Below the pieces are notes generated by a model. That model had not been told where the DNA came from and did no database searches. It worked only from the letters and a program-made list of their open reading frames with translations. Below are positions 58,201 to 64,000 of a stretch of 64,000 nucleotides of DNA, in pieces. Each line of letters starts with the position of its first letter. Within the stretch, counting starts at the first letter, position 1. Made by a program: the position numbers and the translations under genes. The DNA lies in IMG/VR virus record IMGVR_UViG_3300023184_000034, positions 1 through 64,000 of that record, one strand, 5' to 3'. This stretch comes from a virus.

Positions 58201-58709
58201 GGACACCAAACACAATTTATAAAGAACTTGACATTGTCAATGTTGGTAATTATACCTATCGAAGAAAATTGGGAGCTGCTCACACCAGTAAAAACACATT
58301 TGCCAATGACAATGCAAATTGGTCGTTCTTTATAGGCAACATCAGGTTGCAAAAACAACCGTACAAGGTCTTTAATATAAATCAAGCACCCTACAGCCCA
58401 GCAGGCGATGTGACATTTGACGCTGATTTTTCTGTCAACGGCACAGCCAACGAACTTAGATTAACTAACAAGTTAGCAGTTGGTACCACTGTAACAGTGG
58501 TCAAACGCACACTTGAATTGTGGGACAGCAGCACAAACATCATGAATGACAATGGTAAAATAGCGTCGTTCATCAAAGCTGCTCCGGGTGTTTGGTACAC
58601 ACAATACCAGCTAAATACGGGAGGCCCAGTTTTAGTGGAATCTTCTTCTTCTTTTGACAGTGCCTCAACAAGATTTGACGGTGCTGACCTAACATTTGAC
58701 CAGGGATAA
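43290..58709 (+). CDS. Giant baseplate/virion structural protein (5139 aa; gp7-like position)
   Basis: Uninterrupted ORF coupled to gp6 (TAATG). Contains FG-GAP-like propeller motifs (FGYVTSINQQGNLLAVGA, YFGAGLSLS, DTGKAYVY), CBM-like W...Y..G..V.Y repeats, and GSGY...P.V and GDG.TT.F repeats. Confidence 0.85.
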   Translation: MATSNVNGNKGLSANLLPKFYQTPSNKKFLQSTIDQLFQPGSLTKVSGYVGRENAKASVGTDLYIEASDKLRQDYQLEPGVTIRDTVGNVTFFKDYIDYINQINVFGGNTDNHTRLNKQEFYSWNPHIDWDKFVNFQNYYWLPYGPDTITIYGKERVINSTYTVEVQRQGTNNQFVFTPDGLTPNPVLRLYRGKTYTFNINSPNNPFSFKTARSAGPTDRYNYQGSVSASGVTSGTITFTVTKQTPSILYYQSENDIDLGGAIQISELLENTSIDVEAEILGKKTATLDNGITLSNGMKLSFGGTVYPESYANGQFYVEGVGTAIKLISADILEIVSPYSTNNTLPFDSMPWDVEPFDDATGYAGTIDYITINRSSRDHNPWSRYNRWFHKDVISASAIFNNNTISLDQTTRAIRPIIEFFPDIKLHNLGITAIPDIDLIDTFTQDAFSTIEGTIGYNVDNFDLLPGMLVIFTADPDPLVQNKIYKVEYVDVRNLSSGSNQIHLVEIATPTVGQVVLVRQGSKYKSKMFWFNGTTWIEGQTKTATNQAPMFDMFDNDGVSFSNLSVYTGSTFAGTKIFSYKLGTTGTVDPKLGFILSYQNVNNIGDIVFNFNLATDTFEYKKTSIVETQNINIGYLSTRDYGGNLTYSNGWETSAVTNVQAAVRIYKNSGRTNNFPIDIFDDPGNLSDLVVKIYVNGTRLDSKLWSINSTAAYKIVNLITPIGLDDVLTIRAFSAQVINQNGYYEVPLNFQNNPLNDVMTNFTLGEVTDHVNSIIDNLPTPNTDIQNLGNITPYGTKFVQHSGPLSLGVYHICSESNNVIKAVEQARTDYNSFKQNFINSASSLGVDGDPVTLFEMVLNKLNNNKPRVAPYYLSDMVPYGAAISTSIKVVDYRIKNYPLTTVFSLNNLSNKAVGIYLNGVQLVHGQDYNFDVSGFVSIDPSVNLANGNTIKTVEYENTDGSFVPATPTKLGMWPAFAPKKYLDTTLVNPQLVIQGHDGSIVLAYNDYRDDLILELEKRIFNNIKVKYNTDIFDISKIIPSYNRKSDYSRTEFNSVLAPNFYKWTGLVGKDLTTPLNYDRTNGFTYNYALSGAPDKTPIPAYWRGIYRYILDTDRPHLCPWEMLGFAIEPKWWTTVYGPAPYSSDNLPMWQDIADGAVKEPNTPPVYFPERAKPFLMSHIPVDEFGNLISPLQSGIASGLSQPSINNNFVFGDGSPVESAWTRSSYYPFSVVIASLLLTPANTFGMLLDRSRVVRNIAGQLIYSDTGLRIKPSDVLLPSTYSSSTRVQTAGLVNYIVDLIFNYIFSNNVAGYNSYSTDLSKLTPLLSYRVGAYTNKPQFNLLLESKTPSSTGNVFVPPDDYSVFLNKSTPVKKITYSGVVITKVSTGFEIKGYSLSQPYFKYYQFLGTGSRITVGGISEDYSAWTPGENYLVGSVVQYNGSYYRSLQNSVTDETFNTFNFAKLPGLPMNGGSSANIRNKWDNNQILVAPYGTLFPDIQSVVDFLLGYGEYLKDQGFLFNDYNTNYSTVSNWLSSANEFLFWTTQNWSTGVDKWQDWQANESYTYGSIVKYDGDFYSALYNIPLSTAFDASKWNMLPGLSNIGSSVISLSPSANGINFTTTLAVVDSIASQFNPYEIFKVDGSPFDLTSLDSYHQDGKVSYIPKSTEGIYGASFYLVQHEHVVAVNNTTIFNDVIYSPTSGYRRDRLKVSGYITTGWTAGLDIPGFIFDAAKIDEWQSWKDYNVGDIAKYGQFYFQAEPMTGNLIPGSEKFNYTQWTKLLNKPTNQILPNWTTIASQFTDFYSADIDSFNTAQQTMAHHLIGYQKRQYLNNIIQDPVSEFKFYQGMIREKGTQNVLNQLFGVLNSENRESLTFYEEWAVRTGRYGATNAFEEIEFILDESKYLNNPQATVLVKNLDSKLNPFVVQQTINDVYVKPMGYTATPFPVFEPTKSNQFLRSAGYVNSADVYVAVSSTNQLLGQPATSITVGISYIIKSVNATTDFTQIGATENAVGLSFVATGVGSGTATVVLDPNKLNEGSYIWCAFDPAGWNVYRYTDIQISATGATYANNLLTITTDITPNIQVGSFIGLSQIPTLSGFYQVTSVILNKITVSATIAAFPNLSALQIKEIIIYALIPQRTASIDNIDSILPTNLQKNDLVWTDNSGNGSWATWIYNPVFQQQLLSNTTPSPNSQFGYVTSINQQGNLLAVGALSGNVVIYDKVGLQTPWIRRQEIQYPFSAQADFNALTLVASTIAISPDGTWVATGSPKVSHVSTKLKPNWSLSNTYQVGDIVSVGIDKAYQATLDVPTNIPVTNTYYWKNIPYIPVDNLGTNSSLMQQGMISLYKKDANNLYNLVDSIISPSPADGQLFGETLEFGNSVLYIGATGTGCTVFKLSYTSTLNVSTAYDNVGSTGTTLKVTSAIGISAGMYVQSSAFLNNQTVDSVLSRIVFPVSVSGNVTNSLGILIKVENITATMTVTGTGVVSGAEIYSKGITSDGNVYIIVSASQNLLTSITQIQLDNDPTLIFTISTVSSANTLILSSTPTSTPIGTLNFVTTAWAYKDFVTTPNGVNYFGAGLSLSDDNSTLAVSSSESVYLFATSSNTLIRTYTGFTNANKLAVSISGSGKYLAVGQGSTGTVNIYQTAGLTPTVPVQTLINHFNQEDRAFFGSKLAFMTDDTLVVYSQSGSTSIATTIDAYLEPLLSYTYLDENGVTQVSTYVNDPESAENINQTTFDNQSTRFVTPLPNAGRVDIYDRYATKWVYSESLDNIDTPASGYGVGFAVGSNSVVVGLPRLDNGSLMDTGKAYVYNKFPNNFTWKIYRSQIPVVNIGKIKKAFLYDKVTSKLLVQLDVIDPNQGKIPGPADAEIKYKSFYDPATYFYSSMVSPGPTVNIDTGSFWASPQVGQLWWDLRTAKFIDPYFEDISYRNNVWNKLAQGASIDIYEWISSSLLPAAWDTLADTPAGLASGISGLSLHGNSAYSITKSYNNITKKFINTYYYWVKNKAIVPSVEGRKLSAQSVSSLISNPRGNAYTYIALIGKDSFSIANISQYLNNTDTVLAIEYWTIDKVDQNVHSQWKLISKDTAVEIPDAIQQKWVDSLCGADEAGRPVPDINLPPKLKYGIENRPRQSMFINRTEALKQFVEAVNTIFLKYQITENYNIQDLESYDIQPTELSGKFDLVLDTDAELPYANINLFQAASLTPVIVDGRVTGIKIFETGKGYIIPPFIDIVGSGKGAVAKAIINSAGSIVSATVISSGEGYNPDITVCVVRSYSVLVRNDSLASGNWSIYSYDTVNNLWSRSLTQSFDVRNYWSKIDWYATGYNQFSSPDFVVHTTFDLNLINVSIGQLVKVLKVNSGSWVLIEKFANLNTTDWTQNYTIVGIQNGTIQLNSSLYQTQFSAVGYDSSTFDQGAFDVKASTELRIILKTLKDNIFIGTNLKGTYLDLFLRSVRYAHSEQLYIDWIFKTSFVRATHHVGKLDQPVYYPIDNLSNFEDYVAEVKPYRTKIREYISQYTSLDPSYSAVTDFDLPSVVKNSFALAINTAVSGNIITADQPEIQSYPWKFWLDNAGYSVTELIIVNGGSGYVTTPQVIITGNSGSGATAEAYFTNGIINRIILKTSGSGYLSAPTVSINSGLSITGTPAKVIAIIGKGVVRSSLIGMKFDRTNKKQYIINLDVTDSFVGTGSKKQFVLTWAPDIKVGKSSVYINDILVLRETYTLAVETKIVNGQTQYYGTLTFIVSDIVVAPLMNSSIVIKYIKDISLLNAVDRIEFYYNPTTGMLGKELSQLMTGVDYGGNIVGNLGFASKNGWGVTPYALDKWDTYDNSYTDYVTQVTAVTRALPYDVDFTPVVGTNINVYHIKNYVISAPSDGATLVWPFSLFINQPAVSVTTTVNSSSPSNISSTLVGYSTKIQSTLTSTNGTAGQSSIVFDAVPNVVIGQYVSGTGVVAGSKVIQVAGTIVIISNNLNLDAAGDYSFYLLGTVLTVSSLTGIVAGMGVAGAGFVTQSVTKTQTVVVSGVTSRYVYITASPNSIPTVGSLLTFVTNSAGSKTLTVSSTANLKIGDVVTSASQNVFGYNTTIVSIENSTKITLSQIIYSTLANNTSLLFTRVLSQPAEVASYANGTILLSDPVLVGSYINIYGKLDPIRIDDPAYGTTVTGTWTTPNAYVSGTVVLFNNKKYVCKIAHSASAQFTTDLSLGKWREYNDNAVIVTPVLGTTPAPLVLTTVRSDGSRSYTINIPNTYVVNNDDVFILRQSTSDGTIVPTDYDTDISGGDLVYSTARGILADDIVLDGDAFVSETTSPAPEEVVPGQIVDTLAIKVFDRPSSGSANIAIDNYITDGITTTFDLRTMPVNSGSIILKIGNTVKTINSDYTIDYANKRLVLPTTPIAKQILTIFVIGFSGSNILDLDYFVGDGITTEFVTKSPWLDSFTGLVYVNGVVENPVLFKTDDTYEINNSVGMRFDMPVATNALINYIIVGGDTRTFSVTNSEIIPTTGSTTYTLQNLVGRSLPNETNMIVRANQTILNAPVNSYFTIKSNIYSYPLDANRVTPYTISAQDVIVVANNVLLVPGNDYSVDLAGVTVQLTRSAYSRYRNTKLTISITTNAGYFYNPTTNQITFTQAYTSSDVVQVTSSFNHNTLDVERTTLMVKSAANLTPETVQCYQYQSIIGGLITLDRAVLNESYVWVIKNSILLVPGVDYKLLDDHLSIQLTNSLGLTDKISLMTFGSNVITAGISYMQFKDMLNRTIYKRLNLSKRTELLTDLRWNSTSIVLVDGSNFQEPDTVRNSPGVIEIRGERIEYFAKTGNVLSKLRRGTAGTGIFDLNYAGTFVQDIGSAETVPYNDSVQTVQVLSNGTNIVKLSFAPTKGNQNSVDMNYEPTGVRTWFSDAGYLLIGTFDPVSSYKIKDVVVYNNSYYHCRKTVSLLSSRIFGVDYTPANSTYWTLYPTSIPVGYGQTDQIEVFVGGYDDITVWTPNTIYKELDIVNVGNYTYRRKLGAAHTSKNTFANDNANWSFFIGNIRLQKQPYKVFNINQAPYSPAGDVTFDADFSVNGTANELRLTNKLAVGTTVTVVKRTLELWDSSTNIMNDNGKIASFIKAAPGVWYTQYQLNTGGPVLVESSSSFDSASTRFDGADLTFDQG

Positions 58710-58712
58710 AAA

Positions 58713-60239
58713 ATGACAAAACAAATTATTGAAACAGGATCGTTAGCAAATGATGGAACTGGCGATACACTACGTACTGGCGCTCAAAAGATCAATGCAA
58801 ACTTTACAGAATTGTATAATTCTATCTACTCCTTGCCTACCGCTGGAGTAGGTTCCGCAGGCACGTTGGGCGGCGTCAAGGTTGACGGCACATCTGTTGT
58901 GATTAGTAACGGAGTTATCAGTTCTGCAGGTACAACTGCTCCGGCATCGACAACGGACAATGCAATCACAAGGTTTGACGGCACTACAGGAAGATTGCTT
59001 CAGAATTCAGTAGTGACCATTAGTGATTTTGGAGCAATTGTTGCACCAGTTGCAAGCAGTGTTATTCCTTTTCACTATGACAATCAGGCCGCATTTCCAA
59101 GTGCTGTTACATATCATGGAGCTATCGCACACAGTCATGCAGATGGAAAGATGTATTTTGCACACAGCGGTGCCTGGACAGCTTTGGCCAGTGTTAACGA
59201 TATTCCGTCAACAGCTGCAGTCTTAGCTGTTACAAGTATTGATGCTCTAAGTGATGTCAACACATCAAGTGTGATTCCTACCAACGGCCAGGTATTGGCT
59301 TGGCAAGCTAGTACAAGCCAATGGAAACCGACCTCAGTGTCCGGTGCCGCCGGCGGCACTGTGATATCAACCACTGTGGTCAGCGCCAACGGTTTTGCTG
59401 GAACTGTTGCAACAGCCACATCAACTCCTGCCATCACTATCTCAACCAGCATCACAGGAGTATTAAAAGGCAATGGCACTGCAATATCAGCTGCAACCAG
59501 CGGCACTGATTATGCTCCGGGTACCAGCGCATTGGCAACTGGTATTGTTAAAAGCACCACCACTACTGGTGTGTTGACTATTGCAGCAGCAGGAACTGAT
59601 TATCAGGCACCTGTGAGTGCTGTTGGCATATTAAAAAGCAGTGGCGTGAGTGGCAATGTGAGCGCCGCTGTGGCAGGAACTGATTATCAAACTCCAATCG
59701 GAACCATTACTGGCATGGTGAAAGGCAATGGAGCCAATGCTCTCACAGCTGCTGTGGCAGGTACTGATTATCAAACTCCCATAACATTCACCACAACTGG
59801 CTCAAGTGGTGCGGCAACTTTTAACGGCACTGCTTTGAATATACCACAGTACACCGCTCTAGCTGCAAGAAATTCAGCCGCCGCCACAACAGCAGCATTG
59901 GCAAATGACGCCGCTGGAAATATCACTATAACTGGTTGGAAAAGTTATATGCTATTAAGTATTGAAACTTCTGCAGCAGCTTGGGTAACTGTTTATACTT
60001 CTTCTGCTGCAAGAACTGCTGATGTAAGTAGACCTATCACCACAGACCCAACACCTGGATCAGGAGTAATTGCAGAAGTTATTACAACTGGCGCAAGCAC
60101 ACAAATATTTTCCCCAGCAGTATTTGGATTTAGTGATGAATCATCGCCGTCAATTGCTATACAACTTAAAGTAGTTAATAAAAGCGGCAGCGCAACAGCA
60201 ATCATAGTGGCAATGAAGCTTGTTCGACTAGAGGCATAA
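58713..60239 (+). CDS. Tail fibre/baseplate connector with gp9/gp10-type N-terminus (508 aa)
   Basis: KQIIETGSLANDGTGDTLRTGAQKINANFTELY; repeated G.LKGNG...SAA.AGTDY units. Confidence 0.8.
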   Translation: MTKQIIETGSLANDGTGDTLRTGAQKINANFTELYNSIYSLPTAGVGSAGTLGGVKVDGTSVVISNGVISSAGTTAPASTTDNAITRFDGTTGRLLQNSVVTISDFGAIVAPVASSVIPFHYDNQAAFPSAVTYHGAIAHSHADGKMYFAHSGAWTALASVNDIPSTAAVLAVTSIDALSDVNTSSVIPTNGQVLAWQASTSQWKPTSVSGAAGGTVISTTVVSANGFAGTVATATSTPAITISTSITGVLKGNGTAISAATSGTDYAPGTSALATGIVKSTTTTGVLTIAAAGTDYQAPVSAVGILKSSGVSGNVSAAVAGTDYQTPIGTITGMVKGNGANALTAAVAGTDYQTPITFTTTGSSGAATFNGTALNIPQYTALAARNSAAATTAALANDAAGNITITGWKSYMLLSIETSAAAWVTVYTSSAARTADVSRPITTDPTPGSGVIAEVITTGASTQIFSPAVFGFSDESSPSIAIQLKVVNKSGSATAIIVAMKLVRLEA

Positions 60240-60240
60240 C

Positions 60241-62937
60241 ATGAAAGATCCAATTCCACATCTTGGTAATCCTGATGACCAAAGTTTAAAAAAGTACATT
60301 GTTACTTTAAAAAACTTTGATGATTCAACAGCATTTTATGATCATATGGAAACAGACGTTACTGGTATTGATAATGTGTTACCTGCTAGATCTATAGAAT
60401 GTGTTAATCGTAGACCGTCTAGTAGGAATACTGAGTACATGATGACGTATGACGAAGCGGCAATGGTGTGTAATGACTCGCGAGTTTTAGCAGTTGAATT
60501 GAATCCTGAAGACCTTGGATTCATTAAAATGCCTTTTAGTTTTGAACAAACATCTGCTCAATTTAACAAAGCAACCGCAAGCAGTGCAACGGATATTAAT
60601 TGGGGACTGCTCCGTGTCCTTAGAGCAACAGACATCGGTAACTGGGGATCAACCGGAACAATTAATCAATCAGCTTCAATAATATCAGATTCCTCTGGCA
60701 GAAATGTCGATGTTGTGATTATGGACGACGGATGCCCATATCCAACAACATTAGAATATCAAAAAAATCCAGATGGTACTGGTTATTCTCGAATGGTAGA
60801 ATACAATTGGTATCAGCATAATCCGGTAGTCACTGGTGGAGCTGTTGGAGAATACTCTTACAGTAATAACAGACTACAAGAACATGGCTCCCACACCACA
60901 GGCACTGTTGCTGGTAATACTCAGGGCTGGGCACGAGATGCAAACATTTTCAATATAACCTACATTGATTCAATTGATTATGTAAGAGAATTCCACAAAA
61001 ATAAACCAGTCAATCCGTTAACTGGTGTAAAAAATCCCACAGTAATGAACAACAGCTGGGGTTATCGGGCCGCGTCCTTATCAACTGCTTCAATATCTAA
61101 ACTAACAATCCGAGGTGTTGAATACTTTCCAACAAGCGGTACATCAGGATCTTATGTGTGGGATTCAAACATTATACAAAACATTGCTAGATTAAACATT
61201 GGAGGTGCATTTCCTTCCGTAAGCACAGCAACTGACACTGATATGATAGAAGCAATGGCTGAAGGTATTATCATTGTTGCCAGCGCAGGTAATAGTTATT
61301 TTTATCAAGATGTAGTTGGTGGATTGGATTACAATAACACCATGGTAAGAAACGGCGTCACAGTGTATATTCACAGAGGTAGTAGTCCGGGAGCAACAGA
61401 CGGCGGCACTGAAGGCACAAAAATTATTTGCTCTGGTGCAAGTGGTCAACATAATGAAACATCTGGGGCAAGTGTATATGATGCAACTTCAATTGAAGTT
61501 GGAGATTACAAAGCAGAATTTAGTAATTATGGTCCTCGTATTGATTGCTATGCACCCGGCTCTGCAATACAAAGTATTTGGAAATCAGGACAAACGTTGT
61601 ATGACGCTAACAACACCACAGATCCTCGAGTTGCAGCACTGGGTCTTTCAGATACTGTTAATAATAATTTTAAAAAATGTCCAGGAACCAGCATGAGCGG
61701 TCCACAGACCGCTGGCGTGCTGGCGTGCCTTGCTGAAAAATATCCTAGAATGACACAAACTGATGCTAGAGCGTATATCAAGAATTCTTGCCCTTCTACT
61801 ATATTAAGTACCAGTGGCGGAGCGCAAGATTTTAAAGACGCAGGCCCATCATTCAATTCGTCTAGTAATGTACAGATGCTTATACTTCGTGGAACAAGAC
61901 ACCCAACAGCAGATGTTGGAGGATATTACCCAACACCGTTTCCTTCAGTTGTTGACAAACACAGACCACTCACTGGCCAAACTTACCCAAGAAGAAATAC
62001 TGTACACAGTTTTAATAAAAATGCAACTTTTGCTTTGTCAACAGATTATTCAACAAGGACCAATGGACAAACCGCAACCATCACACTTGCCACTACCAAC
62101 ATTCCAAACGGAACACTTGTTCAATATTTAATAACCGCCAAACCAACATCACAAACCACTACTTCTACAGTAGTAGACAATGGCCTAAGCGGCATTTTTT
62201 CAGCAAGCGCCACAATACTTAGTGGAGCTTATTTTGATACTAGACCAAGTACTGGTAATAGATTTGAAACAACTTCCAATGCAGCATCTAATCTAGTTAT
62301 TACAAATAATCTAATTGGCGCAGGCTCTTTAACATTATCAACTCCAACCACACCCGGTGCGCTTACTTTTACAGGATCCGCAGACGACGGATATTGGACG
62401 GTACCACTGCCATTTAATATTACATATTTAAATCAAACATACAGCAGTGTGTATATAGGTACTAACACTTATATCACATTTAGCGGTGGATCTGTGGCCT
62501 ATGCACAATTAGGTCCATCGGAGCCTCCTTATCCTAAAATTATGATATCTGCGGCAGATAACAAAGCATTTAGAATTTATCAAGGGGTTGAAGGAACATC
62601 CCCAAATAGAACATTTAGAATTAGATGGGAAGGACATCACATCTATAATAGCACCGATTCAGGCAATCCCACTATGATTTATGAAGCTACTTTTTATGAA
62701 CAATATCCCACAAGGGTTGAAATACACACTGGAGTTAACGCTAGATGGGCTTTGCAACCTGCAATAGCAACTCCTCCGTTTTCTGTTTCTAATATCAATA
62801 AGGCGCTGGTTGGTACAATGACAGTTAACAATTCTCAGTCAACATTGCCAATAACAATAAGCACCTTAACTGGATATGTTATGAATGTTCGCTTGGGGGT
62901 ATTTCCCAGCCCAAGCATTGATATAACAATAAACTAG
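60241..62937 (+). CDS. Subtilisin-like serine protease (S8) with N-terminal prodomain and C-terminal beta domain (898 aa)
   Basis: Triad motifs VVIMDDG (Asp), HGSHTTGT (His) and PGTSMSGP (Ser); oxyanion ASAGNS; FSNYGPRIDCYAPG; KYIVTLK prodomain-like start. Confidence 0.9.
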   Translation: MKDPIPHLGNPDDQSLKKYIVTLKNFDDSTAFYDHMETDVTGIDNVLPARSIECVNRRPSSRNTEYMMTYDEAAMVCNDSRVLAVELNPEDLGFIKMPFSFEQTSAQFNKATASSATDINWGLLRVLRATDIGNWGSTGTINQSASIISDSSGRNVDVVIMDDGCPYPTTLEYQKNPDGTGYSRMVEYNWYQHNPVVTGGAVGEYSYSNNRLQEHGSHTTGTVAGNTQGWARDANIFNITYIDSIDYVREFHKNKPVNPLTGVKNPTVMNNSWGYRAASLSTASISKLTIRGVEYFPTSGTSGSYVWDSNIIQNIARLNIGGAFPSVSTATDTDMIEAMAEGIIIVASAGNSYFYQDVVGGLDYNNTMVRNGVTVYIHRGSSPGATDGGTEGTKIICSGASGQHNETSGASVYDATSIEVGDYKAEFSNYGPRIDCYAPGSAIQSIWKSGQTLYDANNTTDPRVAALGLSDTVNNNFKKCPGTSMSGPQTAGVLACLAEKYPRMTQTDARAYIKNSCPSTILSTSGGAQDFKDAGPSFNSSSNVQMLILRGTRHPTADVGGYYPTPFPSVVDKHRPLTGQTYPRRNTVHSFNKNATFALSTDYSTRTNGQTATITLATTNIPNGTLVQYLITAKPTSQTTTSTVVDNGLSGIFSASATILSGAYFDTRPSTGNRFETTSNAASNLVITNNLIGAGSLTLSTPTTPGALTFTGSADDGYWTVPLPFNITYLNQTYSSVYIGTNTYITFSGGSVAYAQLGPSEPPYPKIMISAADNKAFRIYQGVEGTSPNRTFRIRWEGHHIYNSTDSGNPTMIYEATFYEQYPTRVEIHTGVNARWALQPAIATPPFSVSNINKALVGTMTVNNSQSTLPITISTLTGYVMNVRLGVFPSPSIDITIN

Positions 62938-62960
62938 CAGTTAATAAACATTGATAAATA
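62929..62960 (+). promoter_or_regulatory. Bipartite late promoter variant: ATAAACTAGCAGTTAA-N10-TAAATA
   Basis: Degenerate copy of the upstream box with the same 10-nt gap to TAAATA. Confidence 0.55.
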
Positions 62961-62980
62961 TAAGATAAAGAGAGATCATT

Positions 62981-63592
62981 ATGCAGACTAAAGACCAGAC
63001 TGGAATACACATAGAAGGCCATATTAAAATATATGACCCTGTTTCCGCTGAAGTTTATATTAATAAACGCAATGCCATCCACTATGAAAATATCAGTATT
63101 GCCATGGCCCAGTCGTTGGCCAACGCAAAAGAAGGCGGATTTATCTACCAAATGGCATTTGGCAACGGCGGCACAGCAATTGATCCCACAGGAATTGTCA
63201 GTTATCTTACACCAAATTCATCAGGCGCCAACGCCAGTTTATACAATCAAACATACAGCAAGGTAGTTGACGAAAGAAGCAGCACTAACACAGATCCCAC
63301 TAGAAATTTTACAGAAGTTAGACACACCACTGGCACAAATTACAGTGATATTTTTGTTACCTGCTTGCTGGATTACGGCGAACCCAGTGGACAAACCGCA
63401 TTTGATACCACAACTGACAACAGCAGTACCTTTACTTTTGACGAACTTGGCCTGGTGAGTTACAGCACAACCGGACAAAGTTTGTTATTGACACATGTTA
63501 TTTTTCACCCAGTACTTAAAAGTCTGAATAGACTTATTCAAATTGATTATACTGTGCGTATTCAAAGTCTAACTGGCCTTGTGGGAGTATAA
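62981..63592 (+). CDS. Conserved virion structural protein (203 aa)
   Basis: IEGHIKIYD, NAIHYEN, MAFGNGG, FDELGL, LLTHVIFHPVLKSLNRLIQIDYTVRI; tail-collar-like pattern. Confidence 0.75.
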   Translation: MQTKDQTGIHIEGHIKIYDPVSAEVYINKRNAIHYENISIAMAQSLANAKEGGFIYQMAFGNGGTAIDPTGIVSYLTPNSSGANASLYNQTYSKVVDERSSTNTDPTRNFTEVRHTTGTNYSDIFVTCLLDYGEPSGQTAFDTTTDNSSTFTFDELGLVSYSTTGQSLLLTHVIFHPVLKSLNRLIQIDYTVRIQSLTGLVGV

Positions 63593-63593
63593 A

Positions 63594-64000
63594 ATGACTT
63601 ACCAAGTTTCTTATACTGATACCACAAATCCAAACAAAGTACCAATCAGGGTTGCAGATGGCACTATTAATTCCGCGTCAACCAGTTTAAAATTTGTTGG
63701 CCAATCTTATCCAAAATACAGTGAAGCAATTGCTGAAGATTTTTTACATCTGTTAGAAAACTTTGCATCGCCATTTGCTCCGGGTACCGACACCAATAAC
63801 CCAATGGGTCCTCCACTTCAAGGACAACTGTGGTACGATACCAGTGTTAGTATACTAAAAGTTTATGACGGCACCAACTGGTCAACAGCTGGCAACTTGA
63901 AAAAAAGTTCGTCAGCACCAGCTGTTGCCAGCAGTGTGGCTGGAGATTTGTGGTCAAACATTGCAACAAATCAATTGTATTTTTTTACAGGCAGTAACTG
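63594..64000 (+). CDS. Tail-fibre/baseplate-associated protein (partial, runs off right edge)
   Basis: MTYQVSYTD...LKFVGQSYPKYSEAIAEDFLHLLENFAS...GQLWYDT...LKVYDGTNW; not in the ORF track because there is no stop. Confidence 0.8.
   Translation, partial: MTYQVSYTDTTNPNKVPIRVADGTINSASTSLKFVGQSYPKYSEAIAEDFLHLLENFASPFAPGTDTNNPMGPPLQGQLWYDTSVSILKVYDGTNWSTAGNLKKSSSAPAVASSVAGDLWSNIATNQLYFFTGSN

Noticed and set aside
1-64000. Stop-codon reassignment
   Set aside because: Core genes, including a 15.4-kb ORF, are full length in the standard code, and TAA, TGA and TAG all end genes at tight junctions

Overview
The window is a 64-kb piece of a large T4-like (gp23/gp20/gp55-type) myophage genome, read in the standard bacterial code. 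It is almost entirely the virion morphogenesis region. On the minus strand (1-27.8 kb) are fibre/adhesin-like structural genes, then major capsid (gp23), scaffold (gp22), prohead protease (gp21), an acidic core protein, portal (gp20), a tape-measure-like protein and a membrane protein. One of these genes is a >1800-aa CBM-repeat/pectin-lyase-fold protein that runs off the left edge and is absent from the ORF track. A gp26-like gene on the plus strand appears joined to a gp51-like ORF by a -1 slippery site. A minus-strand operon (gp55 late sigma, gp47, gp46, small ORF, short GIY-YIG nuclease) ends in a ~455-nt ORF-free region packed with GNRA/UUCG hairpins and candidate long-range pairings; this is the best candidate for an undescribed system (a large structured ncRNA next to a minimal nuclease). 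The plus strand from 33.8 kb to the end is the baseplate module: gp48/54-like, gp53, hub, gp5, gp25, gp6, a 5139-aa giant protein, a gp9/10-type fibre, an S8 subtilisin and further virion proteins. Regulatory signals include T4-late-like TAAATA boxes, a conserved upstream box in a subset of them, and a sigma70 promoter for gp55 that overlaps a divergent late promoter. No tRNA, rRNA, CRISPR array, integrase or transposase was recognised. All family calls come from motif recognition and synteny, not from database searches.
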